From the IMG/VR virus record IMGVR_UViG_3300005512_002353: DNA of 64,000 bases, one strand, 5' to 3'. Of the stretch, positions 30,434-40,267 are shown piece after piece; within the stretch, counting starts at the first letter, position 1, and each line of letters starts with the position of its first letter. The stretch comes from a virus (Duplodnaviria; Caudoviricetes). The notes beneath the pieces are model-generated. The model saw only the letters and a list, made by a program, of their open reading frames with translations. It did not search any database and was not told the origin of the DNA. The position numbers were made by a program, and so were the translations under genes.

Positions 30434-31084
30434 ATGGAACAAACACAAGAAACTAAAATGACAGACGAAAATAAACGACCAGACGAAAACAGTGGTATCC
30501 TCATCCAAGGACACTTAAAGATATTTGATCCTAACTCTAAAGAAGTTATGGTAGACAAGCGTAATGCTATCCACTATGAAAACTTTTCTAATAGCCTAGC
30601 ACAGTCAATGGCTAACAAGGACAAAGGATACATTTATCAAATGGCATTTGGCAATGGCGGATCAAGTGTAGACACTACCGGTGTTATCACATATCTACCA
30701 CCAAACGTTACAGGACAAAATGCTGACTTGTATAATCAAACTTATCAAAAAGTTGTTGACGATACATCATCAGCAAACACTGATTCAACTAGAAACAAGT
30801 TAACAGTGCTACACACTTCTGGTAAAGTTTACACAGACATTTTAGTAAGTTGCTTACTAGACTATGGCGAGCCTAGCGGACAGCAGGCTTTTGATAATTC
30901 AACAAACCTAGATGGCGATTATGTGTTTGATGAATTAGGATTAAAAACATGGCAAGGATCAACATCAGACCTTGACTTGGTAACACACGTGGTATTCCAC
31001 CCTGTTCAGAAGTCATTGAACAGACAGATTCAGATAGATTATACGGTGAGAATACAAACATTGACCAATTTGAGCACCACTTAA
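30434..31084 (+). CDS. baseplate / tail-collar structural protein
   Basis: 'MAFGNGG', 'FDELGL', 'HPVQKSLNR.IQIDYTVRI'; TAAATA at 30424-30429 upstream; start could be 30419, 30434 or 30458. Confidence 0.5.
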   Translation: MEQTQETKMTDENKRPDENSGILIQGHLKIFDPNSKEVMVDKRNAIHYENFSNSLAQSMANKDKGYIYQMAFGNGGSSVDTTGVITYLPPNVTGQNADLYNQTYQKVVDDTSSANTDSTRNKLTVLHTSGKVYTDILVSCLLDYGEPSGQQAFDNSTNLDGDYVFDELGLKTWQGSTSDLDLVTHVVFHPVQKSLNRQIQIDYTVRIQTLTNLSTT

Positions 31085-31141
31085 ATGTGCTTAGTTAATA
31101 GGTCTGATAAATAATACAATAAGGATACGGAGTAATAAGAG

Positions 31142-32494
31142 ATGGCTTATACAATTAATTTAACAGATGGAACGATCTTTGCCACAGTCGCAGACGGAAC
31201 CATCAACACTGATAGTTCGCTTACGCTAGTAGGTAAGAACTACGCTGGTTACGGCGAGTTCTTAAACGAAAACGTGGTGAAACTACTTGAAAGCGGTGCT
31301 AATACAACTGCACCTAGCGACCCACTAACAGGCCAATTATGGTTTGATAAAACAGCAGGGGTCTTAAAAGTTTATAACGGAACAACATTTAAAAACTTAG
31401 GTTCTGCTACAAGTTCGACTAGTGCACCAACATCAGTTGTGGCAGGTGACTTATGGTTTGACTCAACTAACGCACAGTTAAAAGTGTATGATGGTAGTTC
31501 TTTCATTACAGTAGGTCCATCATTTACAGCAGGCACAGGCACATCAGGTGCTATTGTTGACACTGTAGAAGATAACGTAGCAGTTGACCACGTTGTTGTT
31601 AAATTGTTTGTTGAGGATGATATTGTAGCAACAGTATCTAAAGACGCAACATTTACACCAGGAGCGGCCATCACTGGTTTTGCAACAATTGGCCCAGGTG
31701 TTCAATTAAGCACATCAGTTTCGAATGCTGTTTTTAAAGGCTCAGCTACAAACGCACAATTATTAGATAACTTAGATTCAACAGACTTCCTAAGTGCTAT
31801 CGCAAACGATACAACATCAGGCACACTAGGCGTATTAAATGATACAGGTCTTTCAGTTGGTGTAGACAGTGACTTCAGAGTAAGCGTATCCGGCACTGAT
31901 ATCTCTATTGCAAACCAAACACAAGACGGTGACATCTCAATCAAGGTCAATGACGGTGGGTCAACAACAACTGTTGTTAACTTTGACGGTGCTACATCAG
32001 CGATGAACCCAGGTGCTAACGCAACCATCGACTTGGGAACATCAAGTTTACAGTATAACAACGTGTATGCTGTTAACTTTAACGGAACGGCATCGGCCGC
32101 TGAATACTCTGACTTGGCTGAGAGATTTGAAGCAGACACAGCATATCCAGCAGGCACAGTTGTAGAACTAGGCGGTGCAAAAGAAATTACAATGGCACAA
32201 GATGCATTAAGTGATCAAGTTTTTGGTGTTATATCAACAGCGGCGGCATACTTAATGAACTCAGGTGCAGGTAATAACGAAACTCACCCACCAATCGCTA
32301 TGAATGGTCGAGTTCCTGTGAGAGTTATTGGCACAGTGAACAAGGGTGATAGACTGGTATCAGCAGGTAACGGTAAAGCAAAGGCGGCTTCGGCAGATGA
32401 AGTTACTCCATTTAACGTTATTGGTAGAGCACTGGAAACTAAAACATCAAGTGAAGAGGGAACTGTGTTAGCAGTTGTCACAGTATCGCATTAA
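31142..32494 (+). CDS. tail fibre-like protein with C-terminal intramolecular chaperone (peptidase G2-like) domain
   Basis: Repeated 'GQLWFD/GDLWFD' N-terminal motifs; 'AEYSDLAERF...GTVV...GVIST...GRVPV...GDRLVS...IGRALE' tail. Confidence 0.65.
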   Translation: MAYTINLTDGTIFATVADGTINTDSSLTLVGKNYAGYGEFLNENVVKLLESGANTTAPSDPLTGQLWFDKTAGVLKVYNGTTFKNLGSATSSTSAPTSVVAGDLWFDSTNAQLKVYDGSSFITVGPSFTAGTGTSGAIVDTVEDNVAVDHVVVKLFVEDDIVATVSKDATFTPGAAITGFATIGPGVQLSTSVSNAVFKGSATNAQLLDNLDSTDFLSAIANDTTSGTLGVLNDTGLSVGVDSDFRVSVSGTDISIANQTQDGDISIKVNDGGSTTTVVNFDGATSAMNPGANATIDLGTSSLQYNNVYAVNFNGTASAAEYSDLAERFEADTAYPAGTVVELGGAKEITMAQDALSDQVFGVISTAAAYLMNSGAGNNETHPPIAMNGRVPVRVIGTVNKGDRLVSAGNGKAKAASADEVTPFNVIGRALETKTSSEEGTVLAVVTVSH

Positions 32495-32518
32495 AAAATA
32501 TAAAGAGGAAAAAGCAAC

Positions 32519-33529
32519 ATGGCATATACAGCAGGCGACACCATACTAGATGACGAGTATAATACCTTTGTCACTGGTAACGCGGCAGGCACCGGAGACA
32601 ACGGCGTAAACAATGTCAACACCCTCTGGGGTGCGGGCACGTTAGACAAGGGCTACGGTGAGACAGGTTCTACATTATCGTCAGTATCAGCGGGGTCAAC
32701 GATCACAGCGACACAATGGAATAACTTCCTGAGTCGTATCGAGACGATCGCGGCACACCAAGGTTCAACAGTAACAAATTATTCAACACTATCAGCGGGT
32801 AACACCATTGAGGCATTAGCCACAGTGGCAACTGACCTAGCAACGATCACAACAAATAGACTTGATGCGGCAGGTTCAGGTTCAACAGTGACCACCAGTG
32901 GTGCGATTAACAGGACCGGCACATGGTCAGGTTCGATCGATGCGATCCACAGGATCACGTTCGCATCAGCCAACGCATTCAGATACTTCTTTAATGCGGG
33001 TGGGTTGATCACGTTCACATTCTCTTTAACAGGCGGCACAGCAGATGGCAAATACAATGAATGGGTTGATTTGGTATCTAAGATGGGAACCATCACATTC
33101 TCAGGATCATCGTCACACACTGTTAATGGCACAGCATACACAGGCACAACACAGACAGGTGGTGGCGCGGGTGGTGCAGGCTCAGCGAAGGGAACAATTG
33201 ACGCTTTCGCACTGACCACAACAAACCAACAGTTGATCATCAAGTATGCTGACACAGCACCATATACAGCAAACTACATCCAGATCCAAGGCAAGACTAA
33301 CGCGGCGGCTGGTTCGGCCACATACATCGACTTCACTATCACAGCGAACGATGCGGCGGCTGACACGGGTAACCCGGCTCACCCAGCACCAGGCACAAAC
33401 CCAGCGGCGTTGGACGTGATCAACGGCACATTTACATCAACGATGAACTACATCCTTCCAAGTGCAACTTACTTGACAAGTTCAGCATGGGGATCACCAA
33501 CGATGTCAAATCAAAACGATTACGATTAA
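32519..33529 (+). CDS. Thr/Gly/Ala-rich virion (fibre or decoration) protein
   Basis: Composition, position after fibre gene, 'RYFFNAGG' motif; SD GAGGA. Confidence 0.55.
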   Translation: MAYTAGDTILDDEYNTFVTGNAAGTGDNGVNNVNTLWGAGTLDKGYGETGSTLSSVSAGSTITATQWNNFLSRIETIAAHQGSTVTNYSTLSAGNTIEALATVATDLATITTNRLDAAGSGSTVTTSGAINRTGTWSGSIDAIHRITFASANAFRYFFNAGGLITFTFSLTGGTADGKYNEWVDLVSKMGTITFSGSSSHTVNGTAYTGTTQTGGGAGGAGSAKGTIDAFALTTTNQQLIIKYADTAPYTANYIQIQGKTNAAAGSATYIDFTITANDAAADTGNPAHPAPGTNPAALDVINGTFTSTMNYILPSATYLTSSAWGSPTMSNQNDYD

Positions 33530-33551
33530 TTGTAGAGTTTTTGGTAATATC

Positions 33552-33582
33552 GAAAGGCACTTTTTTAGGTGCCTTTCTTTTT
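33552..33582 (+). terminator. Rho-independent terminator ending the structural operon
   Basis: GAAAGGCAC-loop-GTGCCTTTC followed by TTTTT. Confidence 0.75.
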
Positions 33583-33588
33583 GCCTGG

Positions 33589-33594
33589 TAAATA
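33589..33594 (+). promoter_or_regulatory. late promoter (TAAATA) for the glycosyltransferase / radical SAM operon
   Basis: TAAATA immediately after the terminator, 16 nt before ATG 33611. Confidence 0.5.
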
Positions 33595-33610
33595 TGTGTT
33601 ATAATAAGGT

Positions 33611-33910
33611 ATGGATAATTTAACACAAAAGATCAAAGCTCGTTTTGATCACGAAGCGGCCAAACAGGTTCTTAGTGAGAAATACGAGGGAAAACTACTA
33701 TTCGCACATCAGGGCGGAATGTTCCGTGCCGGACCTGAACTTATCGTGCTACTGAATTCATATGACACAGGCGAAATGGTCATCTTAGATGAATTTGAAA
33801 ATCCCACAAAAGTCACTAGACTTGCCCTATTAGATGAGGCCAAGCAACGTTATCAAGAACAGTTAAATGCTTGGATGGTTGAACTAGCAGAACAATCGAG
33901 ACAACGATGA
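33611..33910 (+). CDS. hypothetical protein
   Basis: 99-aa ORF, SD AAGGT, ATGA-coupled to next gene. Confidence 0.6.
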   Translation: MDNLTQKIKARFDHEAAKQVLSEKYEGKLLFAHQGGMFRAGPELIVLLNSYDTGEMVILDEFENPTKVTRLALLDEAKQRYQEQLNAWMVELAEQSRQR

Positions 33911-34674
33911 TCCGAGGAGTATTGCTCTACGCATTTAACAATGGCACCACGGATTATCTCTCTATGGCCAAATGGTCAGCCAAACGTATTGAAAGATTCC
34001 TAGGTCTGCCCACAACTATAATATCTGATCAAGATGATGCTGAGCTAGGCGGAACCCGTGTATTTAATGCTACCCGAGGTGGTGAGTTATGGTATAATGC
34101 CAGTCGCAATCGTGCCTGGGACCATAGCCCTTATGATGAAACTATAGTGTTAGACGTTGATTACATTGTCAACAGTGAGATATTGAATCTGTTGTTTGAA
34201 GTTGACAAACCATTTATGATACATCAACATGCTTCAGACATCACAAGAAGATCTAGTTTTTTAGAGTTAGATCGATTTGGTGAGCATAGATTTCCTAGCC
34301 GTTGGGCAACTGTAATGTATTTTAACAGACACGAAACTGCGAAAGAAGTGTTTGATACAGTTGAAATGATCAAACGGGATTGGAAACACTATGGAGATCT
34401 TTATAAATTTAGATCAGACACATTTAGAAATGATTGGGCATTTTCAATAGCACTTGGTCTACTAGGTGGACACGTAGAATCTAACAAATGTTTGATACCT
34501 TGGCCGCTAGTTACAGCCAGCACTGATGTTGATGTTAGAGCCGGAGAGAAAGAAGATACATTTGTGTTATCCTACATAACAGCACAGCAAAAAGCAGTGA
34601 TACAAAATGTTAAAGGTCTAGATTTACACATAATGAATAAACAATCAATGGAGAAGATCTGTGCAGGCAGTTAA
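33907..34674 (+). CDS. GT-A fold glycosyltransferase (GT8-like)
   Basis: 'SPYDETIVLDVD' DxD motif, 'WATVMYF', 'RND', late His 'HIMNK'. Confidence 0.65.
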   Translation: MIRGVLLYAFNNGTTDYLSMAKWSAKRIERFLGLPTTIISDQDDAELGGTRVFNATRGGELWYNASRNRAWDHSPYDETIVLDVDYIVNSEILNLLFEVDKPFMIHQHASDITRRSSFLELDRFGEHRFPSRWATVMYFNRHETAKEVFDTVEMIKRDWKHYGDLYKFRSDTFRNDWAFSIALGLLGGHVESNKCLIPWPLVTASTDVDVRAGEKEDTFVLSYITAQQKAVIQNVKGLDLHIMNKQSMEKICAGS

Positions 34675-35452
34675 GGCAGAACAGGGATATCTAATTGTAG
34701 CTCAGGGCGACATATACCACCCGTGTGCCAGGGCACTAGCAAAGTCAATAAAGTATTTTATGCCCTTGGCTAAGGTAGCAGTAGTAGGTGATTGTAAGGA
34801 TGAAATATTTGATTATGAGATAGCATTACCCCATGGTGATCAAGGTGGACTTAAGAATGATTGGCAGATATTTGAAGCCTCACCTTTCCGTCAGACTATT
34901 AAACTAGAAGCAGACATGGTCCTAAATGGTTCAATAGAGCATTGGTGGGCCATGGTAGAAAAGCGTGATGTGTTCGTAGCACAGGGCACCAGAAACTTTT
35001 ACGGACACAAGACCACGGATAGAACTTATAGACGTCACTTAGATGACAATAAGTTACCTGACGTATACAATGCTGTAACCTATTGGAGACGATCAGAATT
35101 AGCCGCTAAATTCTTTGTGACCTGTAGAGAGATTTTTGATAATTGGGATCAAGTCAAACTGCGTAATTGGGATCAACCTGAACCAGACACTGACACTGTA
35201 TACGCATTAGCAACAGTGTTATTAGGTAGAGAAAACTTCTTACTGCCTAGCACACATCCACAGTTTGCACACATGAAAGGTAAGATAAACTTTTGTCATG
35301 GTGAGGATTGGACCAAAGAACTAGTATGGGAGTTAACAGATCGTGGGCTTCGCATACAGACCATACAACAACAAATACCTACACACTATCAAGTCAAACA
35401 ATTTGCTATTGTGTTAGAGGAACACTATGACAGCCTTTTGGGAAGTAATTAA
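34661..35452 (+). CDS. GT-A fold glycosyltransferase (GT8-like paralog)
   Basis: 'SPFRQTIKLEAD', 'PDVYNAVTYW', 'DTD', 'AHMK'; paralog of the preceding gene. Confidence 0.6.
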   Translation: MQAVKAEQGYLIVAQGDIYHPCARALAKSIKYFMPLAKVAVVGDCKDEIFDYEIALPHGDQGGLKNDWQIFEASPFRQTIKLEADMVLNGSIEHWWAMVEKRDVFVAQGTRNFYGHKTTDRTYRRHLDDNKLPDVYNAVTYWRRSELAAKFFVTCREIFDNWDQVKLRNWDQPEPDTDTVYALATVLLGRENFLLPSTHPQFAHMKGKINFCHGEDWTKELVWELTDRGLRIQTIQQQIPTHYQVKQFAIVLEEHYDSLLGSN

Positions 35453-35753
35453 AAATAGGAAACCTGTTCAACAACAGAAGTTTCTAGATGAATATCGTTT
35501 ATATTACAATGATGATGGAACTCCTCGTGAATATGCAAGGCAGGAAAAAGAAGGCAACTACATTGTCATAAGCAAACAGGTGTTTGATGAAAAGAGATAC
35601 GATGTTTATGTTAAAGATAGAAAACTAATCAATCCTAATCGCATCACACAGTATCGTAAACTTGTGCCCAGTGACGAAGGAACAGAAACATTAGCAGATG
35701 ACATTACTATTATAGGTCAAGGACAACGTTGGAAAGTAAAATATTATGACTGA
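35427..35753 (+). CDS. hypothetical protein
   Basis: 108-aa ORF overlapping both neighbours in the operon. Confidence 0.55.
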   Translation: MTAFWEVIKNRKPVQQQKFLDEYRLYYNDDGTPREYARQEKEGNYIVISKQVFDEKRYDVYVKDRKLINPNRITQYRKLVPSDEGTETLADDITIIGQGQRWKVKYYD

Positions 35754-36654
35754 GATTGATGTAGCAGATTTAGACTGTGTATACCTAAGTTATGATGAAC
35801 CTCAAAAGGAAGAGTTTTGGGTTCAGATTAAAAATATGATTCCATGGGCAACTCGTGTTGACGGTGTCAAAGGGTCAGATGCCGCACACAAAGCCGCGGC
35901 CGATGCTAGTAATACAGATAGATTTATCTTAATCGACGGTGACAACATGCCTAGTCCGGACTTCTTTGATCTAACACTAAAACTCAAAGATGAAGACTAT
36001 GAACGTGCAACATTCCGTTGGAGAGCTCGTAATCACGTTAATGGTTTAATGTATGGCAACGGTGGACTTAGTTCATGGACCAAAGACTTTGTTTATAATA
36101 TGAAGACACATGAAAACTCACAAGGTGATGATGAAACTAATGTAGAGTTCTGCTTTGATCCATTGTATTGGGCCATGCACGATTGTTATTCAACTACATA
36201 TCCTAATGCCACACCCTTCCAGGCATGGCGAGCAGGATTCCGTGAAGGTGTCAAGATGTGTTTAGATCGAGGACACAAACCAACTATAAATGAATTTAAA
36301 GATAGAGCCCATAAACGCAACTTAGATAATCTCAACATATGGCACACAGTAGGTCGTGATGTTGAGAATGGTATATGGGCCATGGCAGGTGCTAGACAGG
36401 GAACACTAATGACCATGTTAACAGATTGGGATCACACTGAAGTCCAATGGTTTGATAACTTGGAACGGCTATGGAAAGACATGGAATCACAGGATCCAGA
36501 CGACATAGCAAGAGAGAACGCTAAAGAACTTGGTAGACTAGATCTAGATGTTGTAGAACTAGACCAGGAACAGAGTAAATTTTTTAAACGACACTATAGA
36601 TCAAATTGGCGCAACCAAGGACCCATGGTGAGAGAGATAGACATACTAAAATGA
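35746..36654 (+). CDS. GT-A-like glycosyltransferase
   Basis: 'LSYDEP', 'RVDGVKGSDAAHKAAA', 'LIDGD' DxD motif, 'AWRAGFREGVK'. Confidence 0.6.
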   Translation: MTEIDVADLDCVYLSYDEPQKEEFWVQIKNMIPWATRVDGVKGSDAAHKAAADASNTDRFILIDGDNMPSPDFFDLTLKLKDEDYERATFRWRARNHVNGLMYGNGGLSSWTKDFVYNMKTHENSQGDDETNVEFCFDPLYWAMHDCYSTTYPNATPFQAWRAGFREGVKMCLDRGHKPTINEFKDRAHKRNLDNLNIWHTVGRDVENGIWAMAGARQGTLMTMLTDWDHTEVQWFDNLERLWKDMESQDPDDIARENAKELGRLDLDVVELDQEQSKFFKRHYRSNWRNQGPMVREIDILK

Positions 36655-37721
36655 TTGATGTCAGTAAGTTAGAAGAAAAATATATTTACAAATTAAAGAG
36701 CCTGGTAAGAGGTTCGGATATTAGTAATCAAATTCCTTTTTCTTGTAATGCTCCTTGGAAGAACGTGATAATTGATACTGATTCAAATTGTTTTATCTGT
36801 AGATGTGATGGGTGGTTGCCGATACCAGTTGGACAAGTTCAAGATTTTGACTCAATGGATGATGTGATTAACAGTCCTGTGGCAAAAGAATTACAGCAAG
36901 ACATATCGGATAAAAAATTTACACACTGTGCTGTTGACACGTGTGGAATTACGAGCGGTGATTTAAATTGGGAGACGATGTGGCTACAAATAAGTTTGGA
37001 TGAGAGTTGTAACCTTGCATGTCCAAGTTGTAGGCGAGATACCATCACACTTAGCCAAGGTCCTGAATTTGACAAGAAATCCAAGGACATGGAGAAAATA
37101 CTACAATGGATGGAAAGATATGAAGAGCCCTTACATGTTACGCTGTCGAGCAACGGTGATCCATTGGCCAGCAGAATCATACGTCCGTTGGTTAAAAATT
37201 ATATACCTAAGGATAATCAGACCTTTGAATTCAAGACCAATGGACTGCTAATGAAGAAACATCTCGCTGATAGCCCTTTATTCGACAACATCACTGTCTT
37301 TTCTATCAGTGTGGACGCAGGTTCTAAAGAGGTGTATGAGGATGTTCGTCGCCCAGGCAAATGGGAAGCACTAATAGATAATTTAGAATTTTTAAAAAAA
37401 CACGGTAAGAATAAATTAATCTGGATACAATTTGTAATTCAACAAAAAAACTATAATGATCTAGATAATCTAGTAAGTTTGGTCGAGCAATTTGATTGTA
37501 TGGCTACGATATTCGAGCTCCAAGATTGGGGGACATGGAATTATGAAGATGTTAAATATCCTGACACCTGGACCATTGCCAATGGAACTTATCTAGAACA
37601 AGACGTTTTGAGAAAACAACATCCTAATTATCTTGATGCTATTCAGAATTTAAGAAAAATAGCTAACAATAAAAGAATAAGTTTTTCTCCTATAATAAAG
37701 AATTTAATAAATGCAAAATAA
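36651..37721 (+). CDS. radical SAM enzyme 1 (N-terminal twitch-like Cys domain)
   Basis: CNAPW...CFIC.C, CNLACPSC (CX3CX2C), 'SNGDP' in place of GGEP; ATG at 36651 overlaps upstream stop. Confidence 0.8.
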   Translation: MIDVSKLEEKYIYKLKSLVRGSDISNQIPFSCNAPWKNVIIDTDSNCFICRCDGWLPIPVGQVQDFDSMDDVINSPVAKELQQDISDKKFTHCAVDTCGITSGDLNWETMWLQISLDESCNLACPSCRRDTITLSQGPEFDKKSKDMEKILQWMERYEEPLHVTLSSNGDPLASRIIRPLVKNYIPKDNQTFEFKTNGLLMKKHLADSPLFDNITVFSISVDAGSKEVYEDVRRPGKWEALIDNLEFLKKHGKNKLIWIQFVIQQKNYNDLDNLVSLVEQFDCMATIFELQDWGTWNYEDVKYPDTWTIANGTYLEQDVLRKQHPNYLDAIQNLRKIANNKRISFSPIIKNLINAK

Positions 37722-39135
37722 AGGCGATGAAGTAAACAAGGACTTTAAGTCAAAGTTCTTAAGTGATGCAGAAGTCATGAAAGAACAATTAGACACAGTA
37801 AGTCCTAGCATGTGTTTGGCTAAATGGAAACAGGTTAGCCTACACCTCACCACGGGCATGACTAACTCATGCTACCATCCACCTTTACACCAAATAGATG
37901 TTAAACCATTGGAGTTCCATCCCAGTGCCCTACATAACACAGCACAAAAGAAAACTGCACGTAAGCAGATGTTAGAAGGGCAACGTCCTGAAGAATGTAG
38001 TTACTGTTGGACCATGGAAGACAATGGTAAACTCAGTGACAGACATTATCGCTCAGGTGAACCTTGGGCCGCAGAATCATTTAAAGAAATAGTAGATGCA
38101 TCTTGGGACCAAGATGTTACACCAAGTTATGTAGAAGTTAATTTTAATCACAACTGTAATTTAAGATGCTCTTACTGCTCACCACAATACTCTACGGCGT
38201 GGGAGAAAGAGTCAAACGAATTGGGTGCGTGGCCAACATCAACGCCACACAATGACCCTAAATATTTTCAGGGTAGGAGAAAGCCTATACCCTTCCGAGA
38301 ACACAATCCATACCTAACTGCGTTCTGGGAATGGTGGCCTGATCTTTACCCTGAACTTAAACATTTCCGCATGACAGGCGGAGAACCCTTGATGGATAAG
38401 AATACCTACAAGGTATTTGATTACGTCCTAGCAAATCCTAAACCAGATCTACACTTAAATGTGACTTCAAACTTTTCAGTAGATGAAAAACTATGGACAA
38501 AGTATTTAGATTATGTTAAGAAGATATGTGCGGACGACAATGTGGAACATTTCATGCAATATGTGTCAGTGGACGGGTTTGGTGAACAAGCAGAATACAT
38601 CAGGAATGGCCTGGACTTTAAATTGTTATGGGAACGAGTCAATCAGTTCCTGTTTGAGGTGCCAGAGCGTTCAAGCATAACATTCATCATAACAATGAAC
38701 AATTTAAATGTTACATCAGTTGAGAATCTGTTCGCAGGCATACACGGACTTAGGCAAGTGCATTCAAACACATATCAGCGTGTGTGGTTTGACACACCCA
38801 TACTGAGAACACCTGAGTGGATGCGTATGGACTTACTACCAGAACCATATGTTGACAAACTAGAAAGACTATGGGCTTGGATGGTTAAGTGGCACGAAAC
38901 AGAAGAGACCCGTTTCAAAGGATTCAAGGACTACGAAATAAAGAGACTTGATAGAGATATTGCCTGGATGAGGTCAGGGCAACAATTAGATGTCGAATAT
39001 AAGAATAAACAGAAAGCAGATTTCTATAGATACTTTAGTGAACATGATCGTAGGAGAGGCACTGACTTCTTAAAGACATTTCCAGAGATGTCTGCATGGT
39101 GGAAGGAGTGTGAGCAACATGCGAGAACTCAATAA
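37711..39135 (+). CDS. radical SAM enzyme 2 (N-terminal twitch)
   Basis: CLAKW, SCYH, CSYC; CNLRCSYC; TGGEP. Confidence 0.88.
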   Translation: MQNKGDEVNKDFKSKFLSDAEVMKEQLDTVSPSMCLAKWKQVSLHLTTGMTNSCYHPPLHQIDVKPLEFHPSALHNTAQKKTARKQMLEGQRPEECSYCWTMEDNGKLSDRHYRSGEPWAAESFKEIVDASWDQDVTPSYVEVNFNHNCNLRCSYCSPQYSTAWEKESNELGAWPTSTPHNDPKYFQGRRKPIPFREHNPYLTAFWEWWPDLYPELKHFRMTGGEPLMDKNTYKVFDYVLANPKPDLHLNVTSNFSVDEKLWTKYLDYVKKICADDNVEHFMQYVSVDGFGEQAEYIRNGLDFKLLWERVNQFLFEVPERSSITFIITMNNLNVTSVENLFAGIHGLRQVHSNTYQRVWFDTPILRTPEWMRMDLLPEPYVDKLERLWAWMVKWHETEETRFKGFKDYEIKRLDRDIAWMRSGQQLDVEYKNKQKADFYRYFSEHDRRRGTDFLKTFPEMSAWWKECEQHARTQ

Positions 39136-40267
39136 ACGATTTTGCATAGCGCCATGGACGTCAGTAGTCCTAAAGACCACCGGACAGCTAGGTCCTTGCT
39201 GTGCTTATCCCACACAGAACAAGATTATTGACATGTCGATCAAGGAATATTACAACAGCGATTTTAACAAAGAATTAAAACAAAAGATGTTAAATGGCGA
39301 GAAGATCGCTGGCTGTCAAGATTGCTACAGGTCCGACGAGTTATATGGCAGTAGTTTAAGAACGAAGACCAATGATTTGGCACAAGGAACCATGCAAGAT
39401 TATGAGAACTTAGATTTTCCGCTTGACCTCGAATTGCAGATCAGCAATATATGTAATATAAAATGTCTCACATGTCGTCCTGAGGACAGTAGTTCTTTCT
39501 TGACGGAAAATAAGATATTGAAGATCAGTGATCATTCAAACGGAGATTTCCAGTTAGGTAATGAGAGATTAGATCAGCTGTTTGAACAAATCGGAGAAAA
39601 CAGTATTAATATGCTAGATCTCCGGGGCGGGGAAAGCATGTTGGTTCCGAACATTAAACAACGTTTGAGAGCATTGTCGGATGTCAACGACATCGAGCTA
39701 CGCATACAGACAAACGGAACCATCTGGGATGATGAATGGGTTGGCATATTTCAAAAGTTTAGAGAGGTAAATGTAATGATCAGTATTGATGCTTATGGCA
39801 CAGATAATCATTATGTGAGATTTCCAGCAGTCTGGTCAGATATAGAGAACACGGTTGATAAGATGAGAGAGGTCACTAATCTGAGGCTTAGTGGAAACTG
39901 CACGGTCAGCAATCTGAACCTTCCGGTCCTTCCACGGCTGTTAGATTGGATCATTGAGAAGGACATAGAGTTTGGTTTTACGGGGTTATCATATCCTAAC
40001 TACTTTGAAATGACCAATCTACCATTGTCCATCATTGATGATACCAAACAAAAACTTAACAAATATCGTAATAGGTTTAATCATGGGTATACAAATGATC
40101 AATTTGAATCTATAATATTGAGATTAGAGTCATTATCTGAGTTTAATAAGGAAACATGGAAGATATTTTGTAGAGTCATATCAATGAGAGATCAACATAG
40201 AAAGAACTCCGTATTTGACATCCAGCCAGAATTAAGGGAATATTGGACAAGTGCCGATGAAACATAA
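39110..40267 (+). CDS. radical SAM enzyme 3 (N-terminal twitch)
   Basis: CIAPW, PCC, CQDC; CNIKCLTC; GGES; start may be ATG 39119. Confidence 0.85.
   Translation: MSNMRELNKRFCIAPWTSVVLKTTGQLGPCCAYPTQNKIIDMSIKEYYNSDFNKELKQKMLNGEKIAGCQDCYRSDELYGSSLRTKTNDLAQGTMQDYENLDFPLDLELQISNICNIKCLTCRPEDSSSFLTENKILKISDHSNGDFQLGNERLDQLFEQIGENSINMLDLRGGESMLVPNIKQRLRALSDVNDIELRIQTNGTIWDDEWVGIFQKFREVNVMISIDAYGTDNHYVRFPAVWSDIENTVDKMREVTNLRLSGNCTVSNLNLPVLPRLLDWIIEKDIEFGFTGLSYPNYFEMTNLPLSIIDDTKQKLNKYRNRFNHGYTNDQFESIILRLESLSEFNKETWKIFCRVISMRDQHRKNSVFDIQPELREYWTSADET

Noticed and set aside
11874-33382. Many 60-160-aa minus-strand ORFs inside the structural genes
   Set aside because: Antisense shadows of long, well-supported genes
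31142-33529. Diversity-generating retroelement target in the fibre genes
   Set aside because: No reverse transcriptase and no template/variable repeat pair seen in the window
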